Assembly: GCF_009914755.1 (NCBI RefSeq)
Contig: NC_060946.1
DNA length: 64,000 bases
Source: the human T2T-CHM13v2.0 reference genome, Homo sapiens
Reading direction: 5' to 3' (one strand)
The position numbers and the translations under genes were made by a program. A model generated the notes under the pieces. It was not told where the DNA came from, made no database searches, and worked only from the letters and a program-made list of their open reading frames with translations. How positions within the stretch are numbered: position 1 is the first letter of the stretch; every line of letters starts with the position of its first letter. Shown one piece after another: positions 29,477 through 42,547 of the stretch.

Positions 29477-29608
29477 ACATCGACGAGTGCGCCCTGCCCA
29501 CCGGGGGCCACATCTGCTCCTACCGCTGCATCAACATCCCTGGAAGCTTCCAGTGCAGCTGCCCCTCGTCTGGCTACAGGCTGGCCCCCAATGGCCGCAA
29601 CTGCCAAG
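29477..29608 (+). CDS. FBLN1: Fibulin-1 exon 13 (cbEGF)
   Basis: ttgcag|AC, G|gtgagc; 132 bp; [14 protein letters not shown]...NGRNCQ. Confidence 0.98.
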
Positions 29609-31355
29609 GTGAGCAGGAGGGATGCCCTGGGGTCCCTCACGCTCTGCTTGGGGCCCTGCAATGTCGTGGGGCTGAGGCTGGGCTCGGGGGCTGTGCTTCC
29701 CCAACCCAAGGGCCACAGCACAGATGGAATGCATTCAGGAAAAGGAGGCCCACCCCATCCAAGGGGTGTCCTGGGGTCTGCAGCACCCTGGTCTCCTACA
29801 CCCAGGCCCCAGCACACTTGTCCTCTGGATTGTCTGAGCCTGTGGCGGCTGCATCCGGCAGGAACACTTCAGCCCTCCTCCCCTCCCCTCAGCAGCCCCG
29901 TAAAGGCTGGAACAGAGGCCTTTAGGAAGATGCCCGCCAGGGAGGAAGCAGTCCAGGCCAGGGGATGGCGTGGCCTGGTGTGGGATGGCCCAGGGATACT
30001 CATGGCTATGGGTCAGCTCCAGCATCGGCTAAGTAATGGTGGCCAATGGCATTGGTTCTGCATTCAGCCCCCTTTTCTACGAATGCTCTAGGGGGCAGTG
30101 TGTGTCCCCCAGAGCCATCTGATAACCATCCATTCAATCACTGACAGCGGGTGCTGAGTAGATGTTTGTGAGCGCGTGATCCTCAGTGTACACACTGCGC
30201 CCAGAAGCTGAGTCATGGAGGTGGGGCTGTCCAGCCAGTTCCTCGGGAGCCCCACACAGGACTGTGGATCCTGGGGCTCTGGAAGCCCCCTGGGTCCCAC
30301 AGATGTAGCTTCTGGTCATGAGGAAGGTGACTTTGATGAAAGGCAGGCAGGAGCTGCGGTGTTTCCTGGGAGGCCCCCTCCGCTTGCCCTGGGCTCTGGA
30401 TGGAAGGCTGGTTGTGTCTGCATTTCTGACGGAGCAAATGACTTTTCTCCTGGCCAGGCTCCCTCACCACAGCCTGGGGTCCCGCCCAGACTCAGCATAA
30501 ACACATTCCTGAGCCGGGCCTTTGAGGCTGGGGAGTGTTGTTTTTGCCACCGATGCTCAGGCATTTGGCACCTCTTAATGGATGTCTCCCAGGGTTGGTG
30601 ACAGCCCCTGAGCCCCACTGTTTGGCTGCTCCAGAGTCTATGGGAGTTGGGCTGCTCCCCCATCTCCAGGGGCCTCTCAGTGTGGTGCCCCAGGCCCCAT
30701 CCCAGGAGTCCCAGACCTGGTGGTTCCAGTCCACCCTGAACAGCCACCAACCCCAACACACAGGCAAGACGTATGATCCCTCGAAGGCTGTTTTTCTCAT
30801 TGTTGTGTGGAGCTAGCAGCTCCTGCCCTTTTCTCCTAAGAGGTTGAGTCACACCTAGGGTAAGGGTGCTGAGCCTCGGGAGCCACAGAGAGGCTCTGGT
30901 TAGTTAGTGTATGGACTCTGATGCCAGCCTGCCCGGGTTCAAAGCTCAGCTCTGACATTTATAAAATGTGTGACCTCAGGCAGGTCTCTTAAGCTCTGTG
31001 AGCTCCTCATAAAATGAGGATCATAACAGTATCTGCCTCATTGAGTTCTTAGGAGGATTCAGTGACTTATCCTTGCGAGGTACTCCCAGGACCCATCATG
31101 TAGTGTTTACTTTTACCATCGTCACGCTCCCTCCAGGGATTGCGAATGATAAGTTAACACTCTATAAATGTAAATACCCTATAAATGTAAGAACTGGCAC
31201 AGGACGCTGCTCTGAAGATCAGCCAGTGGAGGGCAGGGATGGCCTGATCGCCACCCCTAACCCTAGTTGATGGGAGGCCTGGGCTCCTCCGTCTCCAGAT
31301 GGGTATGGCTCCTGCAGCCTCTGCCTTCACTGTGCTGCTGTGGGGTCTCTTGCAG

Positions 31356-31479
31356 ACATTGATGAGTGTGTGACTGGCATCCACAACTGCTCCATCAACG
31401 AGACCTGCTTCAACATCCAGGGCGGCTTCCGCTGCCTGGCCTTCGAGTGCCCTGAGAACTACCGCCGCTCCGCAGCCAC
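31356..31479 (+). CDS. FBLN1: Fibulin-1 exon 14 (last shared exon, cbEGF)
   Basis: ttgcag|AC, AC|gtaagt (phase 2); 124 bp; [41 protein letters not shown](T). Confidence 0.98.
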
Positions 31480-34400
31480 GTAAGTCCCTTGGACCATGCC
31501 ATCGTCGTCTGTCTGTGTTGGCCTTCCTGGTGACCCAGTTCCCGGGTGGGTGGGTTATCAGGCTGTGACCTCGGTGTCCTCCCATGAGGGACTCAGGGCA
31601 CTCAAAGATCACCTGATCCCTGGCCCTCAAGCCCCTAAATGCTAGTGACACTGGTCTCGGAAAGTCAAGGGGGTAACTGCAAATGAGTCTGGGGTCTATA
31701 GTCATGTTTTCAGGCCAAGGCTGTGCACAGAACCAGGAGAAACCACAGCCCTCTTTTTTCCTAGGGTGGAAGCCTTGGGCAAGCTCTCTGGGCCTCAGTT
31801 TCCTCATCTGTAACATGCAGATGTCAGAACGTGCTCTGACTGAGATGCATAGGTAGCAATGTCTCCATGTCAGCCCAAAGCCAGGGAGCCGATGTGACCT
31901 GTTGGACGTTGTTGTTAGGTGCCCACCTGAAAGCCAGAATTCGTCCAGCCTGGTGACCGTGTGGGAACGGCATCAAAGATTCCAGATCCTAAACGTGGGG
32001 CTGCGTGCCCCTATGTCTTTGTAAGCTCACTCACTCCTAGGCCATCACGGCGCCCACTTGAGACCACGGTTCCCACTTCCTATCCCCCTTGCCCCTAATT
32101 GTATTCAGAAAGTCTCATTTAGTGCCACAGTCAGTTGCTTCAGGAAAAGCTCCATGCTGGGACCGATCTCAGGACTGTGGACTTGTGACCTCTCCCAGCA
32201 CTCTGAGTGCACGATGCAGGCAGCCAGCTGTTTCCGAGGCCTTGGCCCCTTGACCTTCAGCCTGCCTTGGGCTCTTGGCCAGCTGCCCCCGCGACCTGAG
32301 GGTCAGTGGTAGTGTCCACCTCTTGACCCTAGGGGCAGCTGCCCTGGCTTGTGGCATAGCAAGGCTTCTGGGTACCCGAGCAGCCCCGTTGTCCCTGGCA
32401 GCCCTCCATATTCTTCCTGGCTTTGCGATTCTCATTGGCTGGCCCAGCCATTTCCCTGTTTCCCAGCACGGATTTCTGTCTGCTTGAAAACCCAACATCT
32501 TGTTTCCTTCCTGAGCTTGGGTTAGGAAAAAGCTGCCCCAAAACTGGGTTTGCAAGTCTGTAGCATCCCGAAGAGCTCATGGTTATGCAACAGCCTGCCC
32601 CAGGCAGTGACACTGCTTCTCTGAGCCATTAAGAAAGTTCGATGGCCTTGGCTGCAGGCTGTGCAGCCGTCTGTCATTGTAAGTTCACTCTCTCCCCAGC
32701 CTTTGTCAGCGCCTGGGCTTGAGGATTCCAGGAGGCTGGCTGTGGTTGTGACCTCGATTTCTAACTTGCGCACAGTCGTGAAACCACCTTTCGAAGAGGG
32801 GGAGGCTGCCCTGCACAGGGGCCCTGGCGCCTCCTAAGCCTGAGGGTGGGCGGGTTGGCCATGTGTGCTGAGGTCATGGCTGAAATCAGGGGAACCCAGC
32901 TCCACCCCTCATGTTGGCTGTGGAAGCCTCTGCCACCCCTCAGTGCTGGAGAAAGTCGTTTCTTCCTGGACCTACTGCGTGCAGGCACCTGGGTAGACAG
33001 CCCACAGAGGGCTTTGTCCCCGCACAGGCTCCGCCTTCGGCGTGTGTGCTAGGAGGGAGGAGGGGACCCCACCTGGCTGGGCGTGAGGGTGGGCAGGGGG
33101 CTGTCTGGAGTGGGCCATGCCTGCATGGAGGTGGAAGGGGGAGCGAATTAGGCAGAAGCGGCGGGAGTATGGACACATGTGCGGTGAAATGGGGAGTTCA
33201 GCCTGAAACCTGGGCCCTGTGTGCTGTGCAGTAAGGGATTGAGCTGCTGGGCGCCTGGCTTGTTCCAGCCCTTGGACTCCCGGGACTGATAGTGAGGAGG
33301 GGCCACCCCCTCTCAGCACTGCTAACCCCTCAGACTGGAGTTTTGTATTTTACAGCCCCTTTTCCTGCTCATCAAAAATCGAAGCTGCTTAACACGTTTT
33401 TTCATCTAAGCTTCAGAAAGCAATTTTTAAAATCTAAAAGAGCCATATTTAGGAGGGACCCATGGCCGGCGCTTCTGTGGTTAACAACTCAGCAAGAGCG
33501 CCTCCTTCGGGAGCCTTGACAGACAGGACTGCAGAGTCCGCTGCTGTGCCTTTCTCTCTCTCTCCACTCAGACGGCTTCCATCTGGGGAACATCCCGGCG
33601 GCCGAGGGCTGGTAACTGGAGCATGACCCAGGAAGCTGGGCCGCAAACCACAGGGCTCGGCCTTGTGGACAGGACCAGGCTGTTACAGTCCTGCCCACAC
33701 AATTCCCTTCTGCCCGCAGGAGGAAGTGTGCAAAGCTGTCCCACAGCCTTTCATGGGGCCGGACACATCCTCTTTATCCCCTCAGTGGGGCCGGCGCCTG
33801 ATGACCTGTGGTCTAGAAAGCTGGAGCAAAGCCGGGTGGCCTTGGTTGCCGCTTCCCGGGGATGGGACACGAGTGAACAGCTGTGGGCCTGAGGGTGTAA
33901 CACGGTGGACGGTGGCAGAGATAGAGCCGTCGATGGCCCCCCTGCCTTGGCCAGTTCCTGGGGCTTGTCTCCCGGACGACGAGCGTGTGAAAGTCAGGAA
34001 AATGCCGGCAGGGATATCCACAAGCACCTGGGGTGGCCAGAACTGCCGTGCCTCCCAGGAGAAGGAGGGGGCCTAGAGGGCCTTTTTTCTCTGGTGTGTG
34101 GTGGCTTAGGATCATTTCCATAGAGCTTGAGGTGTTAGGGTCAAATGTGTTGAACTGGCAAGTTGGAGCACATTGTCCTCTAACGCATGACATGGCCCAG
34201 GATGGGTGGCCTGCTGAGGGGACATGTCTGGAAACCAGGGCCTGCGTGGCAGGGGGGGACGGGGCGGGCTCGCCTGTGCCCTGCTCTGTAATACATTCAG
34301 TGATGACAACCCGTCCCTGACCTAGACACACTGGCTAAAAGGGATTTTTGGGCCGTTCCCAGTCTGACAGGCAGTTTGCCAGACAGTTATGTTTCTGGTG

Positions 34401-34794
34401 TTTTAAAAAGTTTGAGTAGAGCGAAGTACGATCATTGAAGCCAGGACTTACCAGGAAAATCAAGGACATGTTTATTTTTGTGCATTAGTCATTTGCAAAG
34501 CACATAGCGGGTGCCCCAGGCCCTGCTCTTTGTCCAGAAGGAGCCAGCCCAGAAACTCCTAGTGTAGAGAAGGTTTTGGGGTGCTCTGAGGAATGACTGT
34601 GTGGGGTCGGAGGGGGAGCCTCCAGGGGAGGAGTGACCAGTCGCTGTGTGTGATGACGGCGGGAGCTGCACCAGAACACCACGCACACCTCCCATTGCTT
34701 TCCTCCGCTTCCCTCTGGCAAAACAAATTCCATCCCTGGTTAGTACCCGCCATGCTGAGAGAAGCGGGAAGCCGAAATCCCACCAGGGCGACTC

Positions 34795-34813
34795 TAGCGC
34801 CACCTGCTGACCA
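34795..34813 (-). promoter_or_regulatory. CTCF motif (reverse orientation)
   Basis: Minus strand TGGTCAGCAGGTGGCGCTA closely matches the consensus TGGCCASYAGRKGGCRSY. Confidence 0.65.
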
Positions 34814-35842
34814 GCCCCATCCAGGCTGGTCCTGAAGTTGCTGGTGTGTGTGCGTGTGCGCGTGCTTGTGTGTGTGCATACATTGTGTGTGTAAAAGCTT
34901 TGAAGTAAGACAGGCCGACTTTGAAAGCCAAGCTTGCCCCTTACGACACACCACGGAGCTATCAGCAAGTTCTGCATCCTCAATGGGCGTCTGTCTTCCA
35001 GCCAGTAGAGCGGGAGGACGATGGGAGACAGTGGAGGGAGCGAGTGGAAGGAAAGTCTGCTGCTTGCAGCCTGCTCCCTGCACCCGGAAGCGCAGTTCAC
35101 CTGCACCCGGAAGCACAGCTCATGGGTCCCATGCTCCTCCCCCAGTTCACGGACGCTTTGGTCATAGCTCCTCAGAGGCCCCCCTGGGGGAGAGCTCTCA
35201 GATCGCCTGGAGCACTCCCGTTTGGCCTGGACCTGGGCATCTCTGGGGCAGGCCACCGCCAGCAGCACCCGTGCCCACCTTCTTTCCTGCCTCTGTTTTG
35301 GGCCCCTCCCAGGCAGGACTCCCCCGTTCAGTGCCCCTGACTCCCAGGCCAGTCCTTTCTAAGAGCTTGGAATGATCACTAGCCAAGTAAATGCAAGGCC
35401 TCCTGTCAGTCCTGACAAACCTGGAAAGAGGAGGTAAAAGGAGACCCCAGTCTCGATAAATGCCTCAAGCAAGTCCAAGTAACCCAGCACGAGACATGGA
35501 AACTTAAAAAGCCAAAAGGGAGATGTGATAGAAGGCCAGGACGAGAGGATGCTCCTGACCTCAGAATCCAGACACAGCCCAGATGGCAGGGCTTCCTGGA
35601 GCACCTGGGCCAGGTCCTCTGGGGCTCCGCACCTGGGCCCTGCTTCCTCAGGCAGCCACCTTCAGAGTATGATGGGCCAGGAGTTCAGTACACAGGAGAC
35701 GACCCCTGTCCCATCTTGTGACAAGAAATTAGAACTTGTTACTATCCTGTAGCGGAAGATAATACCGATCTCCATCCTGTCACAGGAAGTTAGAATCTGT
35801 AACAGGAAGTTGGAATCTGTGCTCATCCTATACAGGAAGTTA

Positions 35843-36071
35843 GGACCCGTCCCCGTCTCCACCACAGGAAGTTAGGACCCGTCCCCGTCTCCACCGCAGG
35901 AGGTTAGGACCCGTCCCCGTCTCCACCGCAGGAGGTTAGGACCCGTCCCCGTCTCCACCGCAGGAGGTTGGGACCCGTCCCCGTCTCCACCCCAGGAGGT
36001 TGGGACCCGTCCGTGTCTCCACCGCAGGAGGTTGGGACCCGTCTCTGTCTCCACCACAAGAAGTTTGGACC
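35843..36071. repeat. 32-bp minisatellite, left part (7 units plus 5 bp; more degenerate units back to about 35700)
   Basis: GGACC starts at 35843, 35875, 35907, 35939, 35971, 36003, 36035, 36067; unit ggacccgtccccgtctccaccgcaggaggttr. Confidence 0.95.
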
Positions 36072-36576
36072 TGTATTAGGGTTCTCTAGAGGGACAGAAC
36101 TAATGGAATATACATATATATATATATATAAAATGGAATATATATATATATATATAAAATGGAATATATATATGGAATATATATATAAAGTGGAGTTTAT
36201 TAAGGATTAACTCACATGATCACAAGGCCCCACAATAGGCCATCTCCAGGCTGAGGAACAAGGAGAGCAGTCTGAGTCCCAAAAATGAAGAAAAAATGAG
36301 TCCAATGTTTGAGGGCAGGAAGCATCCAGCACGGGAGAAAGATGTAGGCTGGGAGGCTAGGCCAGTCTCTCTTTTCACGTTTTTCTGCCTGCTTATGCTG
36401 TAGCCGTGCTGGCAGCTGATTAGTTGGTGCCCACCCAGATTAAGGATGGATCTGCCTTTCCCAGCCCACTGACTCAAATGTGAATCTTTTTTGGCAACAC
36501 CCTCACAGACACACCCAGGATCAATACTTTGTATCCTTCAATCCAATCAAGTTGACACTCAGTATTAACCATCACA
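36072..36576 (-). mobile_element. 3' LTR (MLT2A family) with expanded TA-rich repeat at about 36105-36190
   Basis: Minus strand begins tgtgatggttaatactgagtgtcaacttgattgg; adjacent polypurine tract gacaaggggtggact. Confidence 0.93.
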
Positions 36577-36847
36577 AGTCCACCCCTTGTCAACTTGAAC
36601 CCATGCACATCTCCTGAGATCATACATAATCTTCAAATAAAGACAATAATAAGATCATAATTACACCTAACATAACTATACTTCATACGACCAGAAACTC
36701 ACCAATCCCCAACCCAAATACTATTATATAAAGTTAACGATACTTAAATGCTGATGTGAATTCAATAAATCTTATGTCACTTGATAAAAGAGAAAGGAAA
36801 TAAAATGAAGTCATTTTTGTTAGTACAAGTGTATACATGCACAAACA

Positions 36848-37160
36848 TTTTTGATTGTTTTTTGTTTGTGTGTTTTTTAAGACAGAGTCTCCCTCTGTTG
36901 CCGAGGCTGAAGTGTGGTGGTGTGATTTTGTCTCACCGCAACCTCCACGTCCCGAGTTCAAGTGATTATCCTGCCTCAGCCTCCTGAGTAGCTGAGATTA
37001 CAGGTGTGCACCACCATACCCAGCTAATTTTTCTATTTTAAGTAGAGATGGGGTTTCACCATGTGGGTCAGGCTGGTCTTGAGCTCCTGACCTCAAGTGA
37101 TCCTCCCGCCTCGGCCTCCCAAAATGCTGGGATTACAGTCGTGAGCCACAGCACCTGGCC
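36848..37160 (-). mobile_element. Alu inserted in the HERV-L 3' internal region
   Basis: Antisense dimer nested in the provirus. Confidence 0.93.
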
Positions 37161-37287
37161 ATGTTTTTAAAAGAAGGAGGAAATACTCACGACAATTACA
37201 GTCCTCGTTTCTGCAACTGGTCACATGGCTCGTAGCTGGTATTGATGACTGCCTTCTTCTACTACCCATTCTGTATTCCCTTTGCCT

Positions 37288-37785
37288 TCAGCAAGCACCT
37301 TGGCAGATCTTGTTTTTTTTTTTTCCTGGTGGAGTGACCCAAACCTTCATTCCTGAAGGGTCTGGGTCATTTGTAGTCCTGCCTGGATTGGGCTGTTGTA
37401 GTTTCCCATTGACCTTAATCACAGGGCATGGTAATACTGAGAGATGCCCTAATGGATCTCCTGTATTCCATGCATACTCTAACTTATCTTCATTTTGGAG
37501 TAGTAGACTGATTTCATCTTGATAGTCTGGGTCAGCCACCCCAGCCAACACTGTAACTCCCTTCTTAGCCTGTTGACTTAAAGGTAGGAGGAGCTTCAAG
37601 TGTCCAGGTGGCAATCTTAATTTCCAGTTTAATGGAATCCTTGTTCTGTCTCCTGGTGGCGGCGTTCCTCCCTCTGGAACTAAGACCTCTAGGCCAGCAG
37701 AACGTAATGTTGCAGGAACAGGAAGCAAAAATTTTGCTAGTGGATCACTAGGGGTGATGGTGAGTGGTGCCACTTCCATTTCCAC
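37288..37785 (-). pseudogene. HERV-L dUTPase-like reading frame
   Basis: SAGLEV and GVADPDYQDEI resemble dUTPase motifs 1 and 3; located 3' of integrase as in ERV-L. Confidence 0.8.
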
Positions 37786-38935
37786 CCTTGGATGCCTGGA
37801 CCCGTGAATCCTGGCTATGGGAGAAACAGTGCCATAATATTGGACCCTGATTCAGAGCATACATGGCCTTCTGTAGAACTTTGTCCCAGCCCTGCAAAGT
37901 ACTGTCACCTAGTTGGCATTGTAATTGTGACTTCAAAAGGCCATTCCACTATCCTATCAATCTACCTGCTTCACGACGATGGGGAACATGGTAAAACCAG
38001 TGAATTCCATGAGCATGAGCCCACTGCCACACCTCTTTAGCAGTAAAGTGAGTGCTTTGGTCAGAGGCAATGCTGTGTGGAATACCATGAGGGTGGATAA
38101 GGCATTCTGTGAACCCACGGATGGTAGTCTTGGCAGAAGCATCGTGTGCAGGATAGGCAAACCCATATCCAGAGTAAGTGTCTATTCCGGTGAGGACAAA
38201 CCTCTGCCATTTCCATGATGGAAGAGGTCCAGTATAATCAACCTGCCACCAGGTAGCTGGCTGATCACCCCGAGGCATGGTGCCACATCGAGGGCTCAGT
38301 GTTGGTCTCTGCTACTGGCGAATTGGGTACTCAGCAGTGGCCATATCCAGGTCAGCCTTGGTGAGTGGAAGTCCATGTTGCTGAGCCCATGTGTAACCTC
38401 CATCCCTGCCACCATGGCCACTTTGTTCATGGGTCCATTGGGCAATGACAGGGGTGGCTGGGGAAAGAGGCCGAGTGGTGTCCACAGAATGAATCATCCT
38501 ATCCACTTGATTATTAAAATCCTCCTCTGCTGAGCTCTTTTATGTGATATGGTGAGCACTCTCATGTGATACAAATATCTTCACAGTTTTTGACCACTCA
38601 GAGAGGTCTATCCACATACCTCTTCCCCAAATTTCATTGTCATCAATTTTCCAATCATGCTTCTTCCAAGTCCCTGACCATCCAGCCAAACCATTGGCCA
38701 CAGCCCATGAATCAGTATGTAATCGCACATCTGGTCATTTCTCCTTCCATGCAAAGTGCACAACCAGGTGCATTGCTTGAAGTTCTGCCCACTGGGAAGA
38801 TTTCCCTTTGCCACTGTCCTTCAGGGATGTCCTAGAAAGGGGCAGTAGTGCTGCAGCTGTCCACTTTCGGGTGGTGCCTGCATATCGTGCAGAATGATCT
38901 GTGAACCAGGCCCTAGTCTTCTCTTCCTCTGTCAG

Positions 38936-38939
38936 ATGA
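38936..38939 (+). CDS. FBLN1: Coding part of putative isoform-A terminal exon (completes Thr566, then TGA)
   Basis: Pyrimidine tract cttctcttcctctgtcag then A-TGA; AC+A=Thr then stop gives 566 aa, the known length of fibulin-1A; the downstream sequence resembles my recollection of the fibulin-1A 3'UTR. Confidence 0.75.
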
Positions 38940-41900
38940 TCGTAGGGAACTCTGCATGAGGCCATCGGTGCAGGCTGGAGAAGAGAAGGCAAGTTGGCAG
39001 GAGTGGAGACCACGGGCATTTGAGCCACTTCCTCATGTAACTTAACTTGTGCCTTCAGGACCTGCTCAAGCCCGATCACGTATATACCACTTCCATTTGA
39101 TGATGGAATGCTGCTGTTCATGACCAACTTTATGGCTAGATGGGTCAGAAAGCACCCAGTTCATGATAGGCAGTTCAGGTCATATGGTGACTTGATGACC
39201 CAGAGTCAAACATTCAGTTTCCACCAAAGCCCAGTAACAGGCCAAGAGCTGTCTCTCAAAAGGAGAGTAGTTATCTGCAGAAGATGGCAGGGCCTTGCTC
39301 CGAAAGCCTAGAGACCGCCACTGTGATTCACCTATGGGGGCCTGCCAAAGGCTGCAGCCAGCATCCTTATCTGCCACTGACACCTCAAGCAACATTGGAT
39401 CTGCTGGGTCATATGGCCCAAGTGGCAGAGCAACTTGCACAACAGCCTGGACCTGTCATAGAGCTTTCTCCTGTTCTGGACCCCACTCAAAACTGGCAGC
39501 CTTTCAGGTCACTCGATAAATGTGCTGGAGTAACACTCAAACGAGGAATGTGTTGCCTCCAAAATCCAATAGGCCCACTAGGCGTTGTGTCTCTTTCTTG
39601 GTTGTAGGTGGGGCCAAATGCAGGCAACTTATCCTTCACCTTGGAATATCTCGACAGGCCCCAAACCACTGGACCCCTAGAAATTTTACTGAGGTAGAAG
39701 GTCCCTGAATTTTATTATCAGATTTATTTTCCATCCTCTGGCATGCAAATGTCTCACTAATAAGTCCAGTGTGTTTGCTACTTCTCACTTACTGGATCCA
39801 ATCAGCATAATGTCACCAATTTAATGGACCAGCGTGATATCTTGCAGAAGCGAAATGCGATCAAGGTCTCTCCGAATAAGATTATGACATGAATAAGATT
39901 ATGACACAAAGCCGGAGAGTTGATACACCCCTGAGGTATGACAGTGAAGGTATATTGCTGGCCTTGCCAGCTGAAGACAAATTGCTTCTGGTGGGCCTTG
40001 GAACAGGAATGGAGAAAAAGGCATTTGTCAAGTCAGTGGCTACATACCAGGTACCAAGAGATATGGTAATTTGCTCAAGCAATGAAACCACATCTGGTAC
40101 AGCAGCTGCAAATTGGAGTCACCACTTGGTTAAACTTACGATAATCCGCTGCCGTTCACCAAGATCCATCTGTCTTCTGCACAGGCCAAATGGGAGAGTT
40201 GAACCGGGATGTGGTGGGAATCACCACCCCGCGTCTCAAGTTTTTGATGGTGACACTAATCTCTGCAATCCCTCCGGGAATACGATATTGTTTTTGATTT
40301 ACTGTTTTTCTAGGTAGAGGCAGCTCTCATGGCTTCCATTTGGCCTTTCCAACCATAAAAGCCCTCACCCTACCAGTCAGGGAGCCAGTGTGGGGGTTCT
40401 GCCAGCTGCTAAGTATGTCTCTGCCAATTCTGCATTCTGGCACTGGGAAAATGACCACAGGATGAGTCCGGGGACCCACTGGACCCACTGTAAGTCAGAC
40501 CTGAGCTAAAACTCCATTAATTACCTGACCTCCTTAAGCCCCTATTTAACTGGAGGGCCACAATGACGTTTTGGGTCCCCTGGAATCAACCTCAGCTCAG
40601 AATCAGTGTCCAATAGTCCCCAAAATGTCTGATCATTTCCCTTTCCCCAATGCAGTTACTCTGGTAAAAGGCCAGAGGTCTCTTTGGGGAAGGATGGGAG
40701 AAAGATTCACTGCATAAATTGTCAGTAATGTAGTGGGGTCCTTCCTCAAGAGGACCCGCCTCCCCTTCATTCAAGGGGTTCTGGGTCTGTAAACTGGTTC
40801 AAGTCTGGAAATTGATTGAGGGGCCGTGATTCTCTTTTTTTGTAATTCAAATTAGTCTTTTGTCCACTTGATCTAGAAGTTTTCGGCTTATACAAATCAA
40901 GTAGGAATGCAGTAGGCTTCCTATCAATTTCACTTCTAGGAACACTGTGATTAATTAGCCAATGCCAGAGCTCTACACGAGACAGACTATTCTGATTGCT
41001 GCTTTGCCTCTGCTGTCCATTACAGAAGCTACACCCACCTTGCCTTTGATGGTTGAGTGCTGTCACTTGGCCACTGCCACCTCAGGATCCAATTATTTCC
41101 ATTGTATTTAAATTTTGTAGTTGAGTGACTGTGGTTCCCACTGTTAGATCTGACATACCAAGACGAGCAATTACAGGGCTCTTCAAAGATGCAGGTGCTG
41201 CCCTCACAAATCTGTTTCGAAAGACATTGGTCAAGGGTATATCTTCTGAATCCTCCCAACTTGGTTGAGTAGGTCTAAAGTGACTAATCCACTCCACCAT
41301 CCCAATCTCCCTAAGTCTTTGGATTCCTTCCTCTACATTAAACCAAGGAAGACCAAGCATTTCCAGCTTGCTCACAGTGGGCCATCTCTTCATCCGTATT
41401 TCAGCTAAACCAGCAAATAAACTATTAGAACCTTTTTTAACTCCCCGAGTTGCAACATTAAATGCAGAGTCCCTGCTTAGTGGGCCTAAATCTGTAAATT
41501 CAGCCTAATCCAACGCTATGTTCCTTCCACCATTCTCCGACACCCTTAATATCCATTCTCATGCCCGTTCTCCAGATTAGTTTCTATAAATTAGAAAACT
41601 CAAGCAGTTCTTTTCGAGTGTAGCTCACTTCCTCATGGGTCACACTCTCAACCTCATCTCTAGGGGCCCGCCAGGACTTTAGTCTAGTTATAGGTCTAGA
41701 GGCAAACAGGGGTGTTAGGGGTGGCTCCTGAGGAGAATCAACATTATCTTGCCTGGCAACTGCCTCACAGGAGGCCATCACTGTTGCCTCAGGCAGCGTG
41801 GGGTTTATCTCCTTAGACAAAGGTGGAAAGGCTGATGGGTCGGGGCGGGGATGTTGCCACTACTGGGGATGGGGAAGCTGTTAAGCTGTTTCTTCTGGCA

Positions 41901-42525
41901 AAAAAGATTCATCAGAGTTTATAAACTCAGTGTCCCCAGCTTCATCAGGCTCCTCCCACATGTCCCCATTCCAAGTTGCAGGGTCCCATTCTTTTTCAAT
42001 CAATGCCCTCACTTTAACAGCAGACACCTGGCGAGGCTGTGCATGCATCTTTCATTGCAGGTCAGCCACTCGCATGATAAGAGCTTGTGTCTGTTTTTCC
42101 ACAATTTCAGCTCTTCCTCTACAGGAGATAAGACTCTCACTCAGGGCAATCTTAGCAGATTTGAGGCTCAGTATCTGCTTCTGAAGCTGGGAGATGGAAT
42201 CCCTGAGTTCATAATTTTCTTTCATCACTTTGTCCACTAAACTTAGGAGCAACCAACCAGCTTCATTATGTTCCTTGGTTCTCCACATATGATCAAAGAT
42301 ATTATGTATAGAGTCACTAAACTTGCCTCATGAGCGATGAATCAGGAGTTTCAAATGCGTTTATTTTTCATAACTCTCTAAACAGTTCATGCCAAGGACT
42401 ATCAGTGTTCTCCATACTATTAGAAGTGGAGTCCTTAGCATTTTTGGATCTAATCGTTAACCAGCCAACCCCAGAAACCCCAAAACCAATGAAAGAACTC
42501 CATCTTTAATATTCTCTTCCTCTAG

Positions 42526-42542
42526 AACCACTCCTGGTACCA
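42526..42542 (-). other. Primer-binding site, tRNA-Leu-like
   Basis: Minus strand TGGTACCAGGAGTGGTT just inside the 5' LTR, resembling the complement of the tRNA-Leu 3' end (TGGTGTCAGGAGTGGG). Confidence 0.7.
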
Positions 42543-42547
42543 AAATC

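Noticed and set aside
34489-35268. 259-aa minus-strand ORF
   Set aside because: No domain, crosses a TG/CA repeat, and has no splice or promoter support
35843-36071. Regular 32-bp repeats resembling a CRISPR array
   Set aside because: Head-to-tail units with no unique spacers, no cas genes, and a human intronic context
37949-42288. Possible functional or domesticated retroviral gag/pol
   Set aside because: Broken by many stops and frameshifts, including a short tandem duplication at 39874-39906
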